A DNA stretch of 64,000 nt from Candidatus Latescibacterota bacterium (GTDB lineage Bacteria > Latescibacterota > UBA2968 > GCA-2709665), in the NCBI GenBank assembly GCA_965219995.1, contig CBDCOX010000002.1:3040001-3104000 (forward strand), read 5' to 3'. The notes beneath the pieces are model-generated. The model had not been told where the DNA came from and searched no databases. It was given only the letters and a program-made list of their open reading frames with translations. The stretch's first letter is position 1. Every line of letters starts with the position of its first letter. Below, piece by piece: positions 28,827-39,035 of this stretch. A program made the position numbers and the translations under genes.

Positions 28827-30152
28827 TTATGCCAGGCCTTCCTCCCCGGCGTGGATGGACGCGAGGACCCACGGATCCCGGGTTTCAACCCGGAACGCCT
28901 TTACCTTCCGTCGCATCGCCTCCGCGATTTCCGCCACGTCCGGATCGTGGATCAAATTGGTCGACTCCGCCGGATCGGCGTCGACGTCGAACAGTGCTTC
29001 CGCATCCTGATGCAGGAATCGTTCCGTGGGGCGCCGCCCCATCATCCCGATCCCCTCCGACAGGACCGCCTGCCACGTTGGGGACGCCCACAGATCGCCC
29101 GGTATCGGCGTGGTCAACTCGGGGTACAGGTTGCGCACGTATTTGTACTTTCTTCCCCTCAACACGCGATACGGATAATAGTTCGTCACCTCGTGGAACG
29201 AATGCGAAAAGAACGTCTCGTCCCATCCTTCCGGATGCGTCTCGTCCAGAATCGGAATCAGCGAGCGTTCGGGAAGCCCGTCCGGCGGTTTCACGCCACA
29301 CCACTCCAGAACCGTAGGCGCGATATTGCACCAGTTCACCAGCGCGTCGCACCTGACGGACGGCGCGTCCGGCCGGACCAGAATCAACGGGCATCGATGC
29401 CCGGAGTCGAACGACGACCCCTTCGCACCGGGAAACGGCATCCCGTGGTCGCTCATCACAACAATCAATGTGTCCTTCGCCCGGCCGGCGGCCTGGAGCG
29501 CATCCACCGCCATCCCGATCCCCCGATCCAGCCTGGATACGGACTGGTAATACTCCGCGAGTTCCCGCCGCACGGCGGGGTGGTCGGGCAGGAAATCGGG
29601 CACCACGACCTCGTCCGGCGAATAAGTTATCTCCTCCACCCCGGGATAGGTCTCCTGATTTCCGAAATTGCGATGCGGATCTCCGAATCCCATATGCAGA
29701 TAGAAGGGTCTGTCGCCGGTCTGCGCGAGAAACTCCCCGGCCTTTCCGGCCATCTCAGCCACGTTCCGCGTACCGCCGCGCACCCGTTCCGCGTTGTACG
29801 TCCATGGATAGACCGCTTCGGGCTGCACGTGCAGCTTGCCCACAATCCCGGTGGCAAAGCCCGCCGGCCCGAGGGCGCCGGTGATGGAGGGCATGGACAG
29901 CTGGGTATGAAAATTGTGGATCCCATGCGTATGTCCGTACTGTCCGTGGGTATGGCTGTAATGCCCCGTCAACACGCACGCCCGGCTGGCGGCGCACGAC
30001 GGCGTCGTACAGAAGGCTCCGCTGAACACCGTTCCACGAGACGCCAGCGCGTCCACGTTCGGGGTCCTGATCACCGAATTCCCGTAACACCCGGCAATCG
30101 GGCTCCAGTCGTCGGCAATCAACAGGAGCACGCTGCGATGTTCCGTCGCCAT
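28827..30152 (-). CDS. Sulfatase (N-sulfoglucosamine sulfohydrolase-like)
   Basis: IADD, formylglycine motif CAASRA..LTG, GKLH, DPHR, SDHG. Confidence 0.92.
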   Translation of the reverse strand: MATEHRSVLLLIADDWSPIAGCYGNSVIRTPNVDALASRGTVFSGAFCTTPSCAASRACVLTGHYSHTHGQYGHTHGIHNFHTQLSMPSITGALGPAGFATGIVGKLHVQPEAVYPWTYNAERVRGGTRNVAEMAGKAGEFLAQTGDRPFYLHMGFGDPHRNFGNQETYPGVEEITYSPDEVVVPDFLPDHPAVRRELAEYYQSVSRLDRGIGMAVDALQAAGRAKDTLIVVMSDHGMPFPGAKGSSFDSGHRCPLILVRPDAPSVRCDALVNWCNIAPTVLEWCGVKPPDGLPERSLIPILDETHPEGWDETFFSHSFHEVTNYYPYRVLRGRKYKYVRNLYPELTTPIPGDLWASPTWQAVLSEGIGMMGRRPTERFLHQDAEALFDVDADPAESTNLIHDPDVAEIAEAMRRKVKAFRVETRDPWVLASIHAGEEGLA

Positions 30153-30216
30153 GACGCTCCCTCATCGAGTTCCGCGTGGGTGAATCGGCTTGTCAGGTGG
30201 GGCAGGATCACTTATC

Positions 30217-30657
30217 TTAGGATCCCGCCGCACGAACGGGGATCCCCAGCATCCTGTGTTTCAACGATGCGTTTTCCCCGTTCTTGATTCTCCACAGCAA
30301 AAATACCATCAGCAAAATACCGGCGCCGTCATACAGCACGTCGGTCCAGGTTCCCAAGCGCTCCGGAACGGCATTCTGATGGATCTCATCGGTCACGGCG
30401 TAACAGACGGAAAGCGCCGCGCTCCATGTCAGACATGGAGCGAACCGCCGCTTTTCCGTCCGGAGCGACCGCAGCCAGAGATAGGTCAGGATCGCATATT
30501 CGGTCAGATGGGCGAGCTTGCGAACCGCGTAGTTCAAGACGCCGAACCAAGCCTCCGTCGCATCCGCGGACATCCCGAATGCCATCCATCTGCTCGACAT
30601 CAGAAAGATCAGTCCCATCCAACCCGCCAGCGCGATTCGCCACCGTATGACCGTCAA
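30217..30657 (-). CDS. VanZ family membrane protein
   Basis: WMGLIFLMSS, RKLAHLTEYAIL, YAVTDEIHQ..VP.R...D. Probable TTG start. Confidence 0.85.
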   Translation of the reverse strand: MTVIRWRIALAGWMGLIFLMSSRWMAFGMSADATEAWFGVLNYAVRKLAHLTEYAILTYLWLRSLRTEKRRFAPCLTWSAALSVCYAVTDEIHQNAVPERLGTWTDVLYDGAGILLMVFLLWRIKNGENASLKHRMLGIPVRAAGS

Positions 30658-30795
30658 TCCGACCTCGATTCGCCTATAGCCAGTTCGCCAGATAAGTTGA
30701 ACTCTAAGATCGCCTTTTGAAAGAATCGCGTCAAGCACAAACCCGGCCGTCACGGGATTTCGCAGGCCGGGCGCCATTGATCAGGAGTTTCCTCG

Positions 30796-31470
30796 ATGCA
30801 AGCCTATCAGCAGGAGTTCATCGACTTCCTCGTCGAGACCGGCGCCCTTCGCTTCGGCGAATTCACGCTGAAGAGCGGGAGAGCGTCGCCCTACTTCTTC
30901 AATGCCGGGCAATTCAACACCGGTACGGAAATCGAGCGCCTCGGGTACTACTATGCCTGCGCCATCCGCGAGTTCGACGTAACGCCCACACTCGTCTTCG
31001 GGCCGGCCTACAAGGGCATTCCCCTTTGCATCGCCGCAGCCATCGCGCTCCGCCAGCGGTTCGACGTCGAGACCTGCTATGGTTTTGACCGCAAAGAGAT
31101 CAAGGAACACGGCGAGGGGGGCTGGCTCGTAGGAAAGGAACCCGACGAACGGGACCGCGTCGTGCTGGTAGACGACGTTGTGACCGACGGCGCCACAAAA
31201 ATCAACATGATCGACAGACTGAAGGCAGCCTGCAGCGCCCGGCTGTCCGGCCTGGTCATCGCTCTGGACCGCAAAGAGAAAAATGCCGACGGGGAGGACG
31301 CCGTAGGGGCCCTGCAATCCGTAACCGGCGTACCCGTGCGGTCCATTGTCACCATCCATGACATCCTGGAATACCTGCCCGGCCGCAGCATTCACGGCCG
31401 GGTCGCGCTCACCGCCCCCCTGAAGAGGCAGATCGAGACTTATCTCGACGAATACGGGATTCCCGCATAA
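30796..31470 (+). CDS. pyrE: Orotate phosphoribosyltransferase
   Basis: GEFTLKSGRASPYFFN, FGPAYKGIP, RKEIKEHGEGG, LVDDVVTDG. Confidence 0.96.
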   Translation: MQAYQQEFIDFLVETGALRFGEFTLKSGRASPYFFNAGQFNTGTEIERLGYYYACAIREFDVTPTLVFGPAYKGIPLCIAAAIALRQRFDVETCYGFDRKEIKEHGEGGWLVGKEPDERDRVVLVDDVVTDGATKINMIDRLKAACSARLSGLVIALDRKEKNADGEDAVGALQSVTGVPVRSIVTIHDILEYLPGRSIHGRVALTAPLKRQIETYLDEYGIPA

Positions 31471-32683
31471 CGGGACCCTTCGATTCCCACGGCCATCCCG
31501 ACTCCCCGCAGTACCCCGCCGCTGTCATCGCGTACACCCGCGCCACCCGCACCAACTCGTCCACGGACACAGCTTCGGACAGCGTATGCGCCCCTTTCGC
31601 GTCCGGACCGTGCGTCAGCGCCGGGATACCTGCGAGGGCCGCGTACGCATTGCCGTCGTCCACGAACGGTTTCCCGCCGACAGGCAGTTCTTTGCCCGAA
31701 ACCGCCGCGTGCGCCGACTGAAACGCGTTGACGATCGCGTCTTCGCGTGAGATCCTGAACGCGTCCCCCTGAACCTGGAAATCCACCGTCGCCGGCGTCC
31801 CGAACTCCTGCGCGAGCGTGTCAACCAGCGAACGAAACTCCCTTTCGATCGCTTCCGTACGGCCTGGCGTGACCCATCGCCTCGTGCCCCGAACAGTGCA
31901 AGCCACCGGCGCCTGGTTGTAGATCTCACCGGATTCCATGAACCCCACAAATACCGTATCGCATCCGGACCAGGGGTCGGTACTTTTTTCCAGCGTACGG
32001 TTGAGGTCCCGGAGGCGGCACACCAGTTCCGCGCCCGCCCCCAGGACGTCGGGAGTATCAGGCGCCCGGAGAACCTCGTGCACCGGATCCCCGTCTCTGT
32101 GCAGCGAAACCTCGAAAATGGCCATTCCCCGGCCCGCAAGAGGCAGTCGATCGGCCAGATACTCAGGCAGCATCACAGCGTCGCCCACGTAGCCTTCCGC
32201 AACCAGCGCCCGCACCTGTCGCCGATCTCCCCAGGGTCCTTCGTGGTGGTCGTGCGCGGTGAGCAGCACAGCCCCGCCGGAAAGCGCGTCCGTCTCGCGC
32301 AAGGCGCGAAGCGCCTCGACCGCCGCCGCGATGCCGCCCTTCATATCCGAGGCGCCGGAACCGTACAGGACGCCGTCTTCCAGCCTGGGCGGGACAAAGG
32401 GCAGATGCACCGTATCCAGGTGCCCGTCGAACTGCAAGGTGCGTCCCGGCCGCCCGGTGTCCAGCCGGGCCACGACCGCGGGCGCCTCCGGCCAGTCCGC
32501 CTCCGGTCGTTCGACCTCGAATCCGTCCCCGGTCAATATGTCCGCCAGGCAATCCGCCGCGGCGCCGGCGCTCCGGGTGGGGCTGGGCACCGCCACAAGC
32601 GCCATCGCGGTTTCCAGGAGCCGTTTTCGATGAATCGCGGATCGAATCCTGTTCGGCCTGCCCGTCTCTGACGTGTCGTCCAT
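31409..32683 (-). CDS. M20/ArgE-DapE family metallopeptidase/deacylase
   Basis: DGHLDTV, G.GASDMKGG, HGP...AH..E. 3' end overlaps pyrE by 62 bp. Confidence 0.88.
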   Translation of the reverse strand: MDDTSETGRPNRIRSAIHRKRLLETAMALVAVPSPTRSAGAAADCLADILTGDGFEVERPEADWPEAPAVVARLDTGRPGRTLQFDGHLDTVHLPFVPPRLEDGVLYGSGASDMKGGIAAAVEALRALRETDALSGGAVLLTAHDHHEGPWGDRRQVRALVAEGYVGDAVMLPEYLADRLPLAGRGMAIFEVSLHRDGDPVHEVLRAPDTPDVLGAGAELVCRLRDLNRTLEKSTDPWSGCDTVFVGFMESGEIYNQAPVACTVRGTRRWVTPGRTEAIEREFRSLVDTLAQEFGTPATVDFQVQGDAFRISREDAIVNAFQSAHAAVSGKELPVGGKPFVDDGNAYAALAGIPALTHGPDAKGAHTLSEAVSVDELVRVARVYAMTAAGYCGESGWPWESKGPVMRESRIRRDKSRSASSGGR

Positions 32684-32935
32684 GAAACCCTCCCCGGCCA
32701 ACGCCCGTACGACCTGTACCGCGCGCGAAATACAGACGTCGGGCGATGGAGAAAAACGGGAAAAATGGTTGCGCTGTGTGCAGCAAATGTGGTATACATA
32801 TACCCGGTCGGGGGCGCGCCGCCGGGGGATCGATGAACAATATAGAGCAACTCCGGCGCACTTCAAGTACACAACCGGGCGCCGCCCGGCGGACCGACCA
32901 CCGTCGACCCATTCTTTCGGATTCGAGGAGGCAAC

Positions 32936-34102
32936 GTGACGCGGGGCAGAGCCGACGACCCCCTTGCGATTACGCTGGGCGTGGAGGAGGAGTTCTTCCT
33001 GATCGATCCGGACACGGGCGATCTTCTCCCGGACCCGGACCGCCGGATTTTCGAGGACTGCGAGAACAACCGGGGGCCCCACAAGGTGGTGGCGGAATTC
33101 CTCCGGTCGCAGATAGAAACCACCACAAGAGTCTGCCGGTCCGTGGAAGAGGTCCGCGAGGCCCTGGCGGAGACCCGACGCCTCGTCATCGATGCGGCGG
33201 CAAGCCACGGAGCCGCGGTCATGGCCGCCTCCACACATCCCTTTGCGGCCTGGCACAACCAGGTCGTGACGGCAGGCCGACGCTACGAACAGTTCGCGAT
33301 GACCTATCAGCAGGCGGTTCGCGAACTGCTCGTCGGCGGAATGCACATCCACGCGGGATTCGGCGACGCGGACAGCCGCGTGAGGGTCATGACGGCGCTG
33401 CGCCAGCACCTTCCGCTGCTTCATGCGCTTTCGGCCTCATCCCCGTTCAGCAGCGGTCGGGAAACGGGTTTCAAGTCCTACAGGATCACCCTGTTCAGCA
33501 GTCTGCCGCGCACAGGCCTTCCCGGCCCGCTGCGCAACTGGGAGGAATTCGACCGCCTGGTATCGGAGTACCAGCGCATGGATTTCATTCAGGACAGCAC
33601 CGAATTGTGGTGGCACATCCGGCCGTCCCTGGCCTTTCCGACGGTGGAGTTGCGCATCTGCGACATCTGCCAGACCGTCGATGAGGCCGTGTGCGTTGTG
33701 GCGCTGTATGCTTCGCTGGTGCGTCACCTTCTGCGGCTGGACATGGAGAACCGCCTGCCGCCGGAACCTCCCACGGAGTTGATCGCCGAGAACTGCTGGC
33801 TCGCACAGCGATACGGCGTCCTCGCGTTCCTTGGCAATACCGGGGGCAAGGGACGCACGGATATTGACGAACTCGCCCACGCGCTCGTGGACGAGCTCGC
33901 AGACGATGCACGAGCCCTGGGCTGCGAGTCGGAACTGCGCCATGCTCTGGACGTGATCCGGAAGGGAACGGGCGCTGACCGGCAGATCGATCATTTCCGC
34001 CTGCGCCGTCTGGAAGGCGATTCGGAACCGGAAGCCCTGCGAGAAGTCGTCGACCTCGTGGTGGAGGATACCCGGCGCGGTGTCCCCGGCCTGCCGGGGT
34101 GA
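32936..34102 (+). CDS. Carboxylate-amine ligase (YbdK/GCS2 family)
   Basis: TLGVEEEF, SQIE, ASTHPF, GMHIH, ASSPF, WWHIRPS..FPTVELRICD. Confidence 0.92.
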   Translation: MTRGRADDPLAITLGVEEEFFLIDPDTGDLLPDPDRRIFEDCENNRGPHKVVAEFLRSQIETTTRVCRSVEEVREALAETRRLVIDAAASHGAAVMAASTHPFAAWHNQVVTAGRRYEQFAMTYQQAVRELLVGGMHIHAGFGDADSRVRVMTALRQHLPLLHALSASSPFSSGRETGFKSYRITLFSSLPRTGLPGPLRNWEEFDRLVSEYQRMDFIQDSTELWWHIRPSLAFPTVELRICDICQTVDEAVCVVALYASLVRHLLRLDMENRLPPEPPTELIAENCWLAQRYGVLAFLGNTGGKGRTDIDELAHALVDELADDARALGCESELRHALDVIRKGTGADRQIDHFRLRRLEGDSEPEALREVVDLVVEDTRRGVPGLPG

Positions 34103-34932
34103 CAATAAGGAACAATCCATTGTCTTACCAGGAAGTAATCACCCAACTCAAGGCGCAGATCCAGCAAGTCGCCCAACAGTTGATCGATGCCTCGCCCCGG
34201 ATCGCGGGCGCGCTCGCCCTGGCGTTGCTGGGCCTTGCGCTGGCGTACCTGGTCCGCGCGCTGAGCCGGAGGATGATCGCGGGGCTGGACCGGCTGGTCC
34301 CGCGTCTCATGCTGCTCCGGGGACGAGGGGCGGAAATCAGGAACGCCGCCGGCTGGGCCATCGGTCGTGTACTCTTCTGGCTGGTCCTGCTCTTTTTTCT
34401 CACAGCGGCTACGGAACTGCTGGGATTGCCGGTCGTGTCCGTCTGGCTGAACGGTATCGTCGTCTATCTGCCGCAGTTCCTCGCAGCCGTCCTGATTGTG
34501 TTCGCCGGCCTGGTCGGCGGGCAGTTTCTCAGGGACGTCATCAAGGCGACGGGCTTGTCCTACGCGACAGCCCTTGCCCGCCTGGGCCAGGTGTCGGTGG
34601 TGGTCGCAAGCGCCCTCATCGCCGTGAACCAGGCGGGATTGAACGTCGACCTGCTGACCAGCGGGCTTCTGCTCGTCTTCGGAGTCGCCCTCCTCGGCAG
34701 CGCGCTGACGTTTGCTCTGGGGGCCCGTACCACCGTAGCCAACATACTGGCCTCGTACTATCTGCAGAAAACCTACCGTGTCGGTCACCGGGTCAGCATT
34801 GAGAACTTCCAGGGAGAGATTGTTCAGATCACCGCTACCGCTGTGGTGCTGGATGCCGATGAGGGGCGAATCTCGGTTCCGGCGTCGGTCTTTGCCGAAC
34901 AAGCGTCAATTCTGCTCGTAGAGAGGAAATGA
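34099..34932 (+). CDS. Small-conductance mechanosensitive channel family protein (TM-helix repeat type)
   Basis: Repeated P...A.L TM segments. ALGART.VAN.LA, G.RV.I...GEI. Confidence 0.8.
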   Translation: MTIRNNPLSYQEVITQLKAQIQQVAQQLIDASPRIAGALALALLGLALAYLVRALSRRMIAGLDRLVPRLMLLRGRGAEIRNAAGWAIGRVLFWLVLLFFLTAATELLGLPVVSVWLNGIVVYLPQFLAAVLIVFAGLVGGQFLRDVIKATGLSYATALARLGQVSVVVASALIAVNQAGLNVDLLTSGLLLVFGVALLGSALTFALGARTTVANILASYYLQKTYRVGHRVSIENFQGEIVQITATAVVLDADEGRISVPASVFAEQASILLVERK

Positions 34933-34936
34933 GACG

Positions 34937-35794
34937 ATGGACAAGGCATCGAATGTGATCGATCACTTCATCCGCGCCCATGCTCCGGAAGCCGCCCGCG
35001 TACTGGAAAACTGCTCGCTGGACGATCTGGCGGCATTTTTTGAAGGGACCCCGCCCGATCTGGCGACGTCCCTTTTCAATACGATGGAATCGAGCATTGC
35101 GGTGGCCTGTCTGGAGCGCATGCCGGCGGCGGAAGCCGGCATCGCCGTGGGCGGGTTGCCGGCGGATCGTGCGGCCCATCTCGTTCGCCGGATGAAGACG
35201 GAGACGAAGGCGGCGATTCTGGAAGCGTTGCCCGCCGATTTCACCAGGCATCTGAATCGCCTGCTGCGTTACCGTGAGGAGACCGCGGGCGCATTGATGG
35301 AGTCGATGGTTTTCACCGTCCCGCCGGAGGTCTCCGCCGGCGAGGCGCTGGACCGGTTGCAGACAAGCCCGGCCCGCGTTCTGTATTACCTGTATGCCGT
35401 GGATCGAGATCAGACACTGGCGGGCGTCATCAGTCTCAAGGATCTTCTGGGCGCCGATGAAGGGAGTTCCGTCGCTTCGATCATGCGCAGGGAGGTGATG
35501 TTCCTGCGAACGGAAGATTCGGTGGCTTCGGTGCTCGTCCATCCTTCCTGGATGGAATATCACACCCTGCCCGTACTCGATGAGCAGGGCCTGTTCGCAG
35601 GGGCGCTACGCCACAAGACCCTCTGTCAACTGGCCGGGCACACGGATCGGCTTCTGCGCCCCGGCCAGGCAGGAACGGCGCTGGGAGAGTTATACCGCAT
35701 CGGACTGTCGGCCCTGGCCAAGAGCGCACTCGGGGCGGAAGACCTCCAACCGTCCATTGGAGATCGTCCCGGATTCGCAAGGAGTGCCGAATGA
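34937..35794 (+). CDS. Soluble MgtE-N plus CBS-pair protein
   Basis: Helical N-domain, LLRYREETAGALM, two CBS motifs (YLYAVD, LPVLD); no membrane domain. Confidence 0.82.
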   Translation: MDKASNVIDHFIRAHAPEAARVLENCSLDDLAAFFEGTPPDLATSLFNTMESSIAVACLERMPAAEAGIAVGGLPADRAAHLVRRMKTETKAAILEALPADFTRHLNRLLRYREETAGALMESMVFTVPPEVSAGEALDRLQTSPARVLYYLYAVDRDQTLAGVISLKDLLGADEGSSVASIMRREVMFLRTEDSVASVLVHPSWMEYHTLPVLDEQGLFAGALRHKTLCQLAGHTDRLLRPGQAGTALGELYRIGLSALAKSALGAEDLQPSIGDRPGFARSAE

Positions 35795-37110
35795 TGGAAA
35801 ACACGAAGGCTTCGCAGGCCCTGATTCGGGCCTTTTTTCGACTCCACCCCGGAGAGGCCGCCCGGGCGCTGGCCTCGACGCCCGTCCCCGAGGCTCTCGA
35901 TCTGCTTGAAACTCAGGCTGGCGACCGGGGCGCGCAGGTCTTCCAACGTCTCGACCCGGATCGGGCCGTGGCACTCATGGAACACATGGAGGATCCCCTG
36001 TTCCGGAGGCTCTGGAGCGCGATGGACGAAGGGGCCGCCGCCTCACTCCTGGCCCGGCTGTCGCCGGAGAACCGTTCCGCGCGTCTTTCTTCGCTGCCCG
36101 TCAGATTGGCTGACGAAATGAAGGAACTGATGAGCTACCCGCCCGGGTCGGCCGGCCAGATCATGGATTGCTCGGTCACCGTTTTCAGCGCCGAGGAGAC
36201 CGCGGAGGAAGCGCTCACCCGCATCCGCTCGTTTCCTGAGCGCCGCATTCTGGATCTGTGCGTCGTGGATGATGACGGGAAGCTGACCGCGGTGCTTCCG
36301 CTTCAGGAAGTCGCGGTCGCCCAGCCCGATGACCGCCTTGGACAGCTCGCGCATGGCCCGCCTGTCTACGTGCAGGCCATGTCATCGAGGGAGGAAGTCG
36401 TTGAATTGCTCGAGGCCCACAAATTGGCCTCGCTGCCGGTCATTGGCGGTGTCGACGGCGGGCTTTGCGGAATCATCCGGCACGATGCCCTGGTGGTGGC
36501 CGCCAGGCACGAGGCAAGCGGAAACGTGCAGACGATGGTCGGCGCCGGACGGGAGGAACGCGCCCTTTCCGGGCCGGTGCTTGCCGTGCGCAACCGGCTG
36601 CCATGGCTGCAGGTCAATCTGGGTACGGCCTTTCTGGCCGCCGCGGCGGTCGCCCTGTTCGAGGATACCATCGCCAGGTTTACCGCTCTGGCCATATTTC
36701 TGCCGGTGGTCGCGGGCCAGGCGGGCAATACCGGCGCACAGGCGCTGGCCGTGGCCTCTCGCGGCCTGGCGCTGCGCGAATTCAGGCCGCGACGATGGTT
36801 TCCCGTTGCCCGCAAGGAATTGCTGGCCGGGTTTGTCAACGGACTCGCCGTGGCGCTGGTCGCGTCCCTGGCAGCCTACCTGTGGTCCGGAACGGCCGGG
36901 CTTCCGCTCGTTCTGGGCGTGTCCATGGTGTTTTCCATGTCCATGGCCAGTCTCACCGGGGCGCTCATTCCCATTGTGCTTACCGCTTTGGGAAAGGACC
37001 CGGCCCAGTCGGCGTCGATCTTCCTGACCACCGTAACCGACGTCATCGGATTCGTCAGCTTTCTGGGCCTGGCCACCCTGATGGCCACATCATTCGGGAT
37101 GACATTGTAG
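35791..37110 (+). CDS. mgtE: Magnesium transporter MgtE
   Basis: YPPGSAGQIM, CBS pair, RLPWL.VNL, AGNTGAQ, DPA.SA..FLTTVTD. Confidence 0.9.
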   Translation: MMENTKASQALIRAFFRLHPGEAARALASTPVPEALDLLETQAGDRGAQVFQRLDPDRAVALMEHMEDPLFRRLWSAMDEGAAASLLARLSPENRSARLSSLPVRLADEMKELMSYPPGSAGQIMDCSVTVFSAEETAEEALTRIRSFPERRILDLCVVDDDGKLTAVLPLQEVAVAQPDDRLGQLAHGPPVYVQAMSSREEVVELLEAHKLASLPVIGGVDGGLCGIIRHDALVVAARHEASGNVQTMVGAGREERALSGPVLAVRNRLPWLQVNLGTAFLAAAAVALFEDTIARFTALAIFLPVVAGQAGNTGAQALAVASRGLALREFRPRRWFPVARKELLAGFVNGLAVALVASLAAYLWSGTAGLPLVLGVSMVFSMSMASLTGALIPIVLTALGKDPAQSASIFLTTVTDVIGFVSFLGLATLMATSFGMTL

Positions 37111-37124
37111 CGTAAGGAAGAAGG

Positions 37125-37420
37125 AAAACCTGAGAGCGGGGAGACGTAAGACGGGAGACGGTAGATGACGTCCTTGCCCAATTGGTTCTTCCCTTATGCC
37201 TCTGGCAAAAAATGAAACCACACGGGGCAATTAAACCCGTCAGACGCAAGACGGTAGACGGTAGTTGAAGGCGGTGAGACGGTAGAGGGTAGACGGTAGA
37301 TGATAACGTTACCACAGTGCTTTTCACGCTAACCGTGCCTGTTTCTTTACCGAAATGGTAACGACGAGAAAGACCATAGGGCACGGATATCATCTCCCGT
37401 CTCACGTCTCCCGTCTCACC
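37125..37420 (+). repeat. Modular heptamer-bounded repeat, locus 2 (A-B)
   Basis: Module A at 37165, module B at about 37300, closing inverted heptamers. Confidence 0.9.
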
Positions 37421-37451
37421 AGGGGGTGAGGGGTTGGTGGGAGAGGTCCTG

Positions 37452-38228
37452 CTATTTCCCACCCCCGCTATCCGGCTTCAACGTTCGAATCAACTCGATG
37501 ATGTCGTCCGTAACGTCCATAATATGTACCCCCGCGGGGACGACGAATTCGAACTGTTCTTCGTCGAACTTTACGTTTGTTTTCATCGTTTCAAACTCCC
37601 GCGACAGCAGCTCCCGGTCCTGCGCGTTATAGTACCTCATCTCCCGTAACAGGCCATCCTCGGGGTGGACCGAGAAACGGACCCTGGCAGGCGGTTCCGG
37701 CAGGTCCGCGTAAAGCAGCGTGACCTCGGGTACGGCCTCGAACACGCGAAGAATCTCGCCCTTCAACGTGTCCGTTCCGGAATATCTGATCGACTTCCAT
37801 TTCAGCGCACGGAAGGGGTGCAAGGGATTCGGCTGGTCCGCGTCCGCCTCCACCTGCGTCGCCCGATAGACCCTCGCCGCGTTGACACGGTAGACGATCT
37901 TCTCCTCGGGGTCGTATCGCCACAACAGGCTGCCGTCCGAAACGATCGTCTGACGGATCCGGCCGGCCAGCACACGAGCAACGTGCATCCTGACCGGCGC
38001 CTGTATGGCGATATCGTCCAGAATCTCAACTTGCTCGCCTTCGACGGTCAGCAGCTGTCTGACCCGCGTTTCACAGGTCTTTACCGATTTCAGCTTTTCC
38101 TGAATCGCGACCATCAGACCATCGGTTTTGGAATCGCCGGTTGACATTTTCTCCGCGCTCGCCGGTCCACTCACTGCTGTCGCACACAGGGCAAGACAGA
38201 CCGCCAGCGTTATCCGAACGCTAAACAT
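37452..38228 (-). CDS. LolA-like lipoprotein carrier/sorting protein
   Basis: Signal peptide, QTIVSDG..LWRYDPE, C-terminal FEFVVPAGV. Confidence 0.75.
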   Translation of the reverse strand: MFSVRITLAVCLALCATAVSGPASAEKMSTGDSKTDGLMVAIQEKLKSVKTCETRVRQLLTVEGEQVEILDDIAIQAPVRMHVARVLAGRIRQTIVSDGSLLWRYDPEEKIVYRVNAARVYRATQVEADADQPNPLHPFRALKWKSIRYSGTDTLKGEILRVFEAVPEVTLLYADLPEPPARVRFSVHPEDGLLREMRYYNAQDRELLSREFETMKTNVKFDEEQFEFVVPAGVHIMDVTDDIIELIRTLKPDSGGGK

Positions 38229-38294
38229 GAAGGAACTCCTTTCACGGCCGACAGGTTGCAAACTCCTGGCCTCGCATCCATCGTCAGACGCCCG

Positions 38295-39035
38295 TTACAA
38301 TTTACGGAAGATCACTCCCACAATCAGCCCCGCGGCCAGCGCCACGACAACCGAGACCACGCCGTACAGCCCCCCGTTCCGGAAGGCGACGTTGGAAATC
38401 GCCCGTACAAGCCCGGTTTTTTCGACGGAAAACGTCCGGACCGTCTCCGAAACCGGATGGTGTTCCCGGAAGCAGTAGAGTGTCGCACGGTACACTCCGG
38501 GTCGAACGGCGGCCGGAATCCGGAACTCGGATCGAAAAACGTCGAATGCGCCGTCCCCGTCCGACATCTCAATGGAGCCGGGACGCACCGCGTAGAATCC
38601 GCGTTGGGTCTTCAGGCGAAGGAACTCGTTGAACACGAACCCGTCATCGCCGGGAGGCGACTGCTGGACGGCGACGCTTCGCCGCAACGCGTCATACCCT
38701 TCCCCGACGGCTTCCAACTGCCGTTCGACGTGCGACGAATCGGACGAAGCGGCCACCAGATAAAGCCCCGGCAAAGCGTCGAACACCACACGGCCTGCGC
38801 TCATCCACAAAGGGCCGCGTTTGTCCTTTCTGCGATACGTGACAGCGCGCCGTTCCCCTTCCAATTTCAAAACGACCCGGCAATCCGCCGGCACCGTTCC
38901 AGTCACAACAAGCCCGGCGCCCCGGAAGAAAAGGTCGACCTCAACGCGCGAAGGAGACAGCTGGAGCGACGGTTCCGCCGCGCACGGCGCGGAAAGAAGC
39001 GTCGTCAACAGCCAGGCGCAGACCCGACCGTTCAT
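38295..39035 (-). CDS. TIGR02186-like exported protein with C-terminal TM
   Basis: VDLFFRGA, RRK.K.GPLW, PG.Y, V.K.G, LYG. Translationally coupled to the TauE gene, the usual pairing. Confidence 0.8.
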   Translation of the reverse strand: MNGRVCAWLLTTLLSAPCAAEPSLQLSPSRVEVDLFFRGAGLVVTGTVPADCRVVLKLEGERRAVTYRRKDKRGPLWMSAGRVVFDALPGLYLVAASSDSSHVERQLEAVGEGYDALRRSVAVQQSPPGDDGFVFNEFLRLKTQRGFYAVRPGSIEMSDGDGAFDVFRSEFRIPAAVRPGVYRATLYCFREHHPVSETVRTFSVEKTGLVRAISNVAFRNGGLYGVVSVVVALAAGLIVGVIFRKL

